Source: an uncultured beta proteobacterium
GTDB taxonomy: Bacteria; Pseudomonadota; Gammaproteobacteria; Burkholderiales; Casimicrobiaceae
Assembly (NCBI GenBank): GCA_963778275.1
Contig: CAVZTS010000013.1
Span: 46,713 to 110,712 of the forward strand
Direction of reading: 5' to 3'
DNA: 64,000 bases
Part shown: positions 57,668-64,000 of the stretch, piece after piece
How positions within the stretch are numbered: the stretch's first letter is position 1
Layout of the letters: each line of letters starts with the position of its first letter
Made by a program: the position numbers and the translations under genes
Notes under the pieces: model-generated
What the model saw: only the letters and a program-made list of their open reading frames with translations
Told to the model about the DNA's origin: nothing
Databases searched by the model: none

Positions 57668-57850
57668 ATGCCTGACACCCCGCTTGACGACGATCCACGA
57701 CCGCTTCCGCCGCCGCGCCCGACGATGGAGGATTGCTGCAGGAGCGGATGCGACCCGTGCGTGTTCGATTTGTACGATGCGGCGCTCGAGCGCTACGAGG
57801 CGGAGTTGCGCGCGTGGCGCAAGCGCCGGGACGAAAAGCGCGGCACCTAG
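57668..57850 (+). CDS. Small oxidoreductase-like domain protein
   Basis: 60 aa: PPPRPTMEDCCRSGCDPCVFDLYDAALERYEAELRAW, matching my memory of the Oxidored-like (CC-x-SGC-x2-CV) family. It is embedded at the end of spurious track ORF 56546..57850. Confidence 0.55.
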   Translation: MPDTPLDDDPRPLPPPRPTMEDCCRSGCDPCVFDLYDAALERYEAELRAWRKRRDEKRGT

Positions 57851-58080
57851 CCGGCCGCTCCGCTCGCGGTGCAGCCGCCGGAGGAAAGCTTTCGGCGACG
57901 CGCGCTAACCGACTGCGGGAGTCCGCGGTGCGCCGCGCACCGCGATCTCGGCGGGCGCGGCATGGCGTCGCCAGCGCGGGCGCAACAGCAGCACCGAGCT
58001 TTAATGATCCCCTTCCGGACGCCGGGCGGTCGCCGGACCCGGCCCCAAGGCGGGCCGAAACGAAACTTTATCCTAGCAGC

Positions 58081-60520
58081 TTAAGCGGCTGACGCGGGGG
58101 CAAGCGCGGCGGCAATCGCCTGGTCAACGTGCTCGATCCAGACGAACTGCAGCTTCGTCGCGCGCATCGGCCGGGATTTCCTCGAGGTCGCGGCGATTGC
58201 GCGCCGGCAGCATGACGGTGGTGATGCCGGCGCGCAGCGCGGCGAGCACCTTTTCCTTGACCCCGCCGATCGGCAGCACCAGGCCACGCAGGCTGATCTC
58301 GCCGGTCATCGCGACGTCGCTGCTTCACGCGCCGGCCGGTCAACAGCGAGGCCAGCGCCACGAACATCGCGACGCCCGCGCTCGGGCCATCCTTCGGCGT
58401 GGCGCCGGCCGGGACGTGGATGTGGATGTCCGACTTTTCGAACGCCTCGGGCGGGACGTCGAGCGTGCCCGCGCGCGCCTTGACGAGCGACAGCGCGGCC
58501 TGCGCGCTCTCCTTCATCACTTCGCCGAGCTGCCCGGTGAGGATCAGCTTGCCGCTGCCGGGCGTGCGGGCGGCTTCGACGAACAGGATGTCCCCGCCCA
58601 CCGGCGTCCACGCGAGCCCGGTCGCGACGCCGGGCTCGCCGCTGCGCATGGCGACCTCGGCCTCGAACTTGCGCGGGCCGAGGATCGGCGAAAAGATCGT
58701 CCGGTGCCACTTCCACATTCGTGCACGCTGCCCTCGGCGATGCGCACCGCGACGTTGCGAAACACGTTGCCGATCTCGCGCTCGAGATTGCGCACGCCCG
58801 CCTCGCGCGTGTAGTCATCGATGATCGCCATCAGTGCCGCGTCGCTGATGCTGCACTGCTCTGCCGAGAGCCCGGTCGCCGCCAGCTGGCGCTGGACTAG
58901 GTAGCGGCGCGCGATCTGCAGCTTCTCCTGCGCGGTATAGCCCGGCAGCTGGATGACTTCCATGCGGTCGCGCAGCGGCCCGGGTACGGTGTCGAGCACG
59001 TTCGCGGTGCAGATGAACATCACGCCGGAAAGGTCGAATGGCACCGCGAGGTAGTTGTCGCGGAAGGTCGCGTTCTGCTCCGGATCGAGCACTTCGAGGA
59101 GGGCCGATGACGGGTCGCCATGAAAACCGCCCGCGCCGAGCTTGTCGACCTCGTCGAGCATCATCACGCAGTTGCGCGTCCCGACCTTGCGCAGGTTCTG
59201 GATGATGTTCCCCGGCAGCGCGCCGATGTAGGTGCGCCGATGGCCGCGGATCTCGGCTTCGTCGTGTACGCCGCCCAGGCTCACGCGCGCGAACTTGCGT
59301 CCGGTCGCCCGGGCGATGCTCTGGCCGAGCGAAGTCTTGCCCACGCCCGGTGGCCCGACGAAGCACAGGATCGGGCTCTTGCCCGCCGGGATTGAGCTTG
59401 CGCACCGCGAGGAACTCGAGAATGCGCCGCTTGATCTTCTCCAGCCCGTAGTGATCCTCGTCGAGGATGCGCCGCGCCTCGGCGATATCGATCGCCGGCG
59501 GCGGCTCGGCGGCCCAGGGCAGCTCGATCAGCCAGTCGAGATAGGTGCGTATCATCGAGTACTCGCCGGCGCCTTCGGGCATGCGGGCAGAGGCGTTGCA
59601 GTTCCTTGCGCGCCTGCTTCTCGACCTCCTCGGGCATGTGCGCGGCCGCGATCGCCTTCTCGAGCTCCTCGATCTCCGCGGTGCCGGTCGTCGCCTTCGC
59701 CGAGCTCCTTCTGGATCGTGCGCATCTGTTCGCGCAGCAGGTGCTTGCGGTTGCTGTCGTCGATCGATTCCCGGGTGCGCTCGTTGATCTCGCGCGACAC
59801 CTTGAGCACCTCGATACGGTGCGACAACAGCTCCAGCAGCTTGTCGAGCCGGGTCTTCAGGTCGAAGGTTTCCAGCAGCGCCTGCTTTTCCTCCGGGCCG
59901 ATGTCCATCAGCCCGGCGATGAAGTCGGCGAGCCGCGCCGGTCCCTCCACGGACTGCAGGGCGGTGAGCATCTCTTCGGGAACCTGCGGCAGCAGCTGCA
60001 GGATCTCGACGGCGCGCTCCTTGAGGCTGTGCGCGCGTCCCTCGATATCGGCATCGACGTGCTCGGGATCGTCGATGCAGCTGCACGCGGGCGACGGTGA
60101 ACGGGTAGCCTTCCAGGAACTGCAGCACGCGGAAGCGCTTGATGCCCTTGCAGATCGCGTGATGCGTGCCGTCGGGCGCGGTGATGTAGCGGAGCACGCT
60201 AGCCGTCGTGCCGACCCAGTGCAGGTCATCGGGAGCGGGCTCTTCGACTTCGGGCTTGCTCTGCAGCAGCACTCCGAGCGGGCGCTGCAGGCGCGCCGCC
60301 TCCTGGGCCGCCGCGCGCGAGCGCTCGCGGCCGACCGTCAGCGGAAACACCATGCCGGGGAACAGCACGACGTTGCGCACCGGCACGATGATGAGTGCGT
60401 CCTCGGGCAGCGGGCGCGCGGCGGCTTCCCGCCGCGGCTGTCCCTCGGTGGAGCTGCCCTCGACGTGCGTGCCGGCGTCGGCGGTGAGCGGAGGGGTTGG
60501 GCTGCCGTCGGTTCGCTCAT
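58081..60520 (-). pseudogene. lon: ATP-dependent Lon protease, heavily frame-disrupted
   Basis: Lon sequence can be followed through at least 8 frame changes. Segments: LIIVPVRNVVLFPGMVFPLTVGR; IDDPEHVDADIEG...LSHRIEVLKVSREINERT; MPEEVEKQARKELQRL; [18 protein letters not shown]...[17 protein letters not shown]; [20 protein letters not shown] (Walker A)...[10 protein letters not shown]...FICTAN; [15 protein letters not shown]...[20 protein letters not shown] (catalytic Ser); [24 protein letters not shown] (catalytic Lys); [11 protein letters not shown]. Confidence 0.85.
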
Positions 60521-60528
60521 GGTCGTCT

Positions 60529-60936
60529 CTACCCGGTCTTGCGCAGCCGCAGGATGAGGCAGCCATGCGTAAGCTCGCGGCGGCCGTTTCCAGCCGCGCT
60601 TCCGGCAGCGTGATGCGGCGTTCGAAATAGCCGTAGGGAATTTCCAGTTGGCGCACGGCGCGCGGCGAGCCGGCGAACGGCAGCGGGCTCTCGGCGCGGA
60701 TCACAAGCGCGCCTGGCTCGCTCGTCACCTCGATGCGGTCCGCGGGAACGCCGGGCAGCGCGACGACGACGACGATCTCCCAGTCATCCTCGAAGACGTC
60801 GACCGGGGGCTCCCAGGAAGCCTCGGCTTGCTCCGAGCCGGTCAAGCCGGAAGAACTGGCGATGCAAGCGCTCGGCCTGCGCCATCAGCTCGCAGGCCTG
60901 CGCCCACATCCAGTCGGTCGAATTACGCGCTGCCAT
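60529..60936 (-). pseudogene. Hsp20/alpha-crystallin small heat-shock protein, frame-disrupted
   Basis: One protein spans three frames. First: ATG 60936 MAARNSTDWMWAQACELMAQAERLHRQFFRL. Second: TGSEQAEASWEPPVDVFEDDWEIVVVVALPGVPADRIEVT...YGYFERRITLP. Third: LTHGCLILRLRKTG, ending at TAG 60529. Shifts are near 60845 and 60580. It lies directly upstream of lon. Confidence 0.75.
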
Positions 60937-60949
60937 GGATCGCCCCCGG

Positions 60950-61417
60950 CTAGACATTGCTCTTGATCCATTGCACCAGGCCGGGCAGATCGCCGGCACC
61001 GGATCGCCGCGCGACCTCGCGGCCGCCCTTGAACGCGATGAGCGTCGGGATCGCGCGGATGGCGAAGCGGGTCGCGAGCTCCGGCTCGGCCTCGGTGTCG
61101 ACTTTGGCAAGCCGTACGTCCGGCGCAAGTTGCGCGGCGGCCTGTTCATACGCCGGCGCCATCATCCGGCACGGCGCACACCAGGGCGCCCAGAAGTCGA
61201 CCACCAGCGGCAGCGTATCCGCCCCGAAATGGCGCTCGAAACCAGCCTGGGTGAGCTCGATCGGGCGCACCGGAAACAGCGGCTGCCTGCAGCTGCCGCA
61301 CCGCGCGCCATCGCCGAGGCGCTCGCGCGCCACCCGATTAGTCGCCCGGCATTGCGGGCAGACCACGTGCTCGGTGGCGTTCACGCTTGGCCCTTTCCGC
61401 GTCGCGCGCCCCGCCAT
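60950..61417 (-). CDS. trxC: Thioredoxin 2-type protein (N-terminal zinc finger plus thioredoxin fold)
   Basis: CPQCRATNRV...CGSCRQPL zinc finger. The thioredoxin fold has VVDFWAPWCAPCRMMAP, so the active site reads WCAPC rather than WCGPC. Start at ATG 61417 is assumed. Confidence 0.8.
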   Translation of the reverse strand: MAGRATRKGPSVNATEHVVCPQCRATNRVARERLGDGARCGSCRQPLFPVRPIELTQAGFERHFGADTLPLVVDFWAPWCAPCRMMAPAYEQAAAQLAPDVRLAKVDTEAEPELATRFAIRAIPTLIAFKGGREVARRSGAGDLPGLVQWIKSNV

Positions 61418-61556
61418 GACGGGTGTGACCGCTGAATATTCCACATAGCCGAACTATGAGGGCAGATCGAGCCGGTTCAAGCCTTTAGAGCGCGCATGCT
61501 AAGCTTGGTTTCGTGCCAGCGAGCCCCGTACCCCGGTCCCTTCGACACTACCTGCC

Positions 61557-62058
61557 ATGAGCTATATCGACAGCAACCTCCTCGAGGGCGAGCACGTTGT
61601 TTTTCGGACCCGCCTGCACTGGCTGGTCTTCCTCGGGCCGGTGCTCTTTTTCGTGATCGTCCTCCTGCCCAGCGCCTGGTTTGTCGCGACGACCTCCTGG
61701 ACGCAGCTACGCCTGGGCTCCCCTTGCGCTGGGCCTGCTGATCCTGCTCCCGAGCTGGATCAGGCGGCAGAGTTCCGACTTCGCGGTGACCAACAAGCGG
61801 GTCATGATGAAGGTCGGCGTCTTCAATACGCGCTCGATCGAGCTCCTGCTGGGCAAAGTCGAGGCCATTGCGGTGGAACAAAGCCTGCTCGGGCGGCTCT
61901 TCGGCTACGGCGACATCGTGATTACCGGCAGCGGCGGCACCAAGGAACTGTTTACGCAGATCCAGTCGCCGCTTGAATTTCGCCGTGCCGTGCAGGCGGT
62001 GACCGACCCCTCGGCCGTGCCTGCGGCGGGCGGCGCCTCCGGCCCAGCCAGAAACTAG
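61557..62058 (+). pseudogene. Bacterial PH (bPH_2 / YdbS-like) domain membrane protein, frame-disrupted once
   Basis: MSYIDSNLLEGEHVVFRTRLHWLVFLGPVLFFVIVLLPSAWFV is in ORF 61557..61976. It continues as WAPLALGLLILLPSWIRRQSSDFAVTNKRVMMKVGVFNTRSIELLLGKVEAIAVEQSLLGRLFGYGDIVI in ORF 61681..62058. The shift is near 61705. Confidence 0.7.
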
Positions 62059-63455
62059 TAGCGCGCGCTTCCCGGCGTCCTGGGGAACGGGATGACGTCG
62101 CGCACGTTGGCGAGCCCCGTCGCGTAGGCCACGGTGCGCTCGAAGCCCAGGCCAAAGCCGGCGTGCGGCACCGTGCCGTAGCGACGCAAATCGCGGTACC
62201 AGCTGTAATGCTCCTTGTCGAGCTTCGCCTCGGTCATCCGCGCGTCGAGCACCGAGAGCCGCTCCTCGCGTTGGCTGCCGCCGACGATCTCCCCGATACC
62301 CGGCGCGAGCACGTCCATCGCGGCCACCGTCTTCCCGTCGTCGTTGACCCGCATGTAGAAGGCCTTGATCTCCTTGGGGTAGTTCATCAGGATCACCGGC
62401 TTTCCGGCGTGCTGCTCGGTGAGGTAGCGCTCGTGCTCCGATTGCAGATCCATCCCCCACCGGACCGGAAACTCGAACGGCTGGCGTGCCTGCTCCAGGA
62501 TGCGAATGGCCTCGGTGTACTCCATATGCAGGAACTGCGAATCGACGATCCCCTTTAGCTTGGCGATGACTCCCTTTTCGATGCGTTCCTCGAAAAACGC
62601 CATATCGTCGGGGCGCTCGCTGAGCACGGTCCTGAAGATATGCTTCAGCAAGGCCTCCGCCAGTGCGGCGTTGTCGGAAAGACTCGCGAACGCGATCTCC
62701 GGTTCGATCATCCAGAACTCCGCCAGATGCCGGCTGGTGTTCGAATTTTCCGCGCGAAACGTCGGGCCGAACGTGTAGACCTTGGACAGCGCCAGGCAAT
62801 AGGTCTCGACATTCAGTTGCCCCGAGACGGTGAGAAAGGCCTCGCGGCCGAAGAAATCCTGCGTGAAGTCGACCTTGCCTTCCGGCGTTCGCGGCAGGTG
62901 CATCAGGTCCAGCGTCGATACGCGAAACAGCTCACCGGCGCCCTCCGCGTCCGACGAGGTGATGATGGGTGTATTCACCCAGACGAAGCCGTTCTCGTCG
63001 AAGAAGCGATGGATCGCCTGGGCGATGGTATGGCGCACGCGCGTCACCGCGCCGATGACGTTGGTCCGCGGCCGCAGGTGCGCGACCTCGCGCAGAAACT
63101 CGAGGGTATGCGGCTTCGGCTGAATCGGATAGGAGTCCGGGTCCTCCACCCAGCCCAGCACCTTGACCTCGCTGGCCTGCATTTCGAAGGGTTGGCCCTT
63201 GGCCGGCGAAGGCACGACCTGGCCGGTGGCTTCGACGGCGCAGCCGGCGGTCAGGTGCAAAACCTCGGCCGCGTAGTTCGCCAGCGTGTCGGGCGCAACG
63301 ACTTGAACCGGATGGAAGCAGGAGCCGTCGGAGACGTGCACGAAGGAAATGCCGGCCTTGGAATCGCGCCGCGTGCGCACCCAGCCACGGACGGTAACGG
63401 CCTGATCCTTCGGGGCCCGGCCGGCAAGTATGTCCACACAAGTCAGAGGATGCAT
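62055..63455 (-). CDS. asnS: Asparagine--tRNA ligase
   Basis: 466 aa, class II aaRS. Supporting motifs: [43 protein letters not shown]. Intact. Confidence 0.9.
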   Translation of the reverse strand: MHPLTCVDILAGRAPKDQAVTVRGWVRTRRDSKAGISFVHVSDGSCFHPVQVVAPDTLANYAAEVLHLTAGCAVEATGQVVPSPAKGQPFEMQASEVKVLGWVEDPDSYPIQPKPHTLEFLREVAHLRPRTNVIGAVTRVRHTIAQAIHRFFDENGFVWVNTPIITSSDAEGAGELFRVSTLDLMHLPRTPEGKVDFTQDFFGREAFLTVSGQLNVETYCLALSKVYTFGPTFRAENSNTSRHLAEFWMIEPEIAFASLSDNAALAEALLKHIFRTVLSERPDDMAFFEERIEKGVIAKLKGIVDSQFLHMEYTEAIRILEQARQPFEFPVRWGMDLQSEHERYLTEQHAGKPVILMNYPKEIKAFYMRVNDDGKTVAAMDVLAPGIGEIVGGSQREERLSVLDARMTEAKLDKEHYSWYRDLRRYGTVPHAGFGLGFERTVAYATGLANVRDVIPFPRTPGSARY

Positions 63456-63564
63456 GCTCTATTCTATCCGGGCTTCAGCGTGCGGGTGGTCCCCGCCCCG
63501 GCGGAAGCGGTGTCGCACTACACTATCGCAAATGGCCCAGATCTCATCCGCCGCCGTGAGTCAA

Positions 63565-64000
63565 ATGACGCGGGCGGCGCGCACGCGGAAACGGCGGCTG
63601 CTGTTGGCCGCGGTCGCTTTGCCGTTGCTGTGCGCCGCGCCGGCTCAGGCGCAGGGCGAAGCCGGCGACCCCGCCGTCAAGGGGGTGCGCGCCTTCTACG
63701 ACTCGCTGCTGGCCGTGATGAAGCAGGCGAAGGAGCTCGGTGTTCGCGGCCGTTACGACCGGCTCTCCGCGCCGATTCGAGCCGCGTTTGACCTTGCGGC
63801 GATGACGCGCATCGCGGTCGGTCCCGAATGGAACGCAATCCCTGCCGAGCAGCAGGCCGCGCTCGTCGACGCCTTCACGCGCATGACGATCGCAACCTAT
63901 GCCAATCGCTTTGACGGCTATGCCGGCGAGCGCTTCGAGGTCGAGCCCGCCAGCGACGCCCGACCGACCGGGCGCATCGTGCACACGCGGCTTGTCCAAT
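63565..64000 (+). CDS. MlaC/Ttg2D-like (toluene-tolerance / phospholipid-binding) periplasmic protein, 3-prime partial
   Basis: ATG 63565 opens a signal peptide (RRLLLAAVALPLLCAAPAQA). It is followed by VKGVRAFYDSLLAVMKQA...FDLAAMTRIAVGPEWNAIPAEQQAALVDAFTRMTIATYANRF. The frame runs off the window end, so it is absent from the ORF track. Confidence 0.6.
   Translation, partial: MTRAARTRKRRLLLAAVALPLLCAAPAQAQGEAGDPAVKGVRAFYDSLLAVMKQAKELGVRGRYDRLSAPIRAAFDLAAMTRIAVGPEWNAIPAEQQAALVDAFTRMTIATYANRFDGYAGERFEVEPASDARPTGRIVHTRLVQ

Noticed and set aside
58815-60845. 676-aa ORF suggesting an Hsp20-Lon fusion protein
   Set aside because: It contains in-frame pieces of hsp20 and lon separated by out-of-frame stretches. 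A proper hsp20 stop (TAG 60529) and lon ATG (60520) exist in other frames, so this is not a fusion gene.
1-64000. Search for mobile elements, integrases, toxin-antitoxin pairs, defence systems, rRNA/tRNA genes and CRISPR arrays
   Set aside because: No ORF showed transposase (DDE), integrase, nuclease/helicase defence-type or TA-like features. No RNA-gene hallmarks or repeat-spacer arrays were seen by eye. This is absence of evidence from manual reading only.

Overview
Very GC-rich bacterial chromosomal segment; gene content suggests a beta-proteobacterium, but that is a guess. Read manually from the six-frame track. I recognised no rRNA, tRNA, CRISPR array, transposase or integrase.

Layout, left to right:
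- 0.3-11.6 kb: threonine aldolase, an orphan EgtD-like methyltransferase, an unplaceable 547-aa protein, a Fur-box/cupredoxin/FTR1/outer-membrane-protein iron module, an M20 amidohydrolase running into a gene remnant, an ECF sigma/anti-sigma pair, and an SDR plus membrane-protein pair.
- 11.6-24.4 kb: a phenylacetate (paa) cluster on the minus strand (paaA-B-C-D-E-N-G-I-K, an MBL/FAD-monooxygenase/DUF2783 insert, paaF-like), with divergent paaX and a candidate PaaX operator.
- 24.5-27.1 kb: hmgA-fahA (homogentisate pathway), preceded by a small extremely acidic ORF.
- 28.2-34.6 kb: a truncated ABC permease, then an AT-rich leader and an archaic (Csu / spore-coat-U type) chaperone-usher pilus operon. 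A convergent gene encodes an MshEN-like (c-di-GMP-binding type) domain fused to a membrane anchor and an unknown C-terminal domain. This is my best candidate for something undescribed.
- 34.7-64 kb: MetE-like, Liv-type binding protein, FadB-like, CoA-transferase, CopA, acyl-CoA dehydrogenase, cysNC-cysD/cysQ, peroxiredoxin, an AttFGH-like ABC module, hsp20-lon, trxC, asnS.

The dominant oddity is frame disruption. About 20 genes continue their conserved protein sequence in another reading frame. I count roughly 45 frame changes by hand, including at least 8 in lon and at least 7 in the fadB-like gene. Interleaved long genes (usher, copA, cysNC, hmgA, fahA, asnS) are intact. This is either uneven indel sequencing error or real gene-specific decay, and the sequence alone cannot decide.
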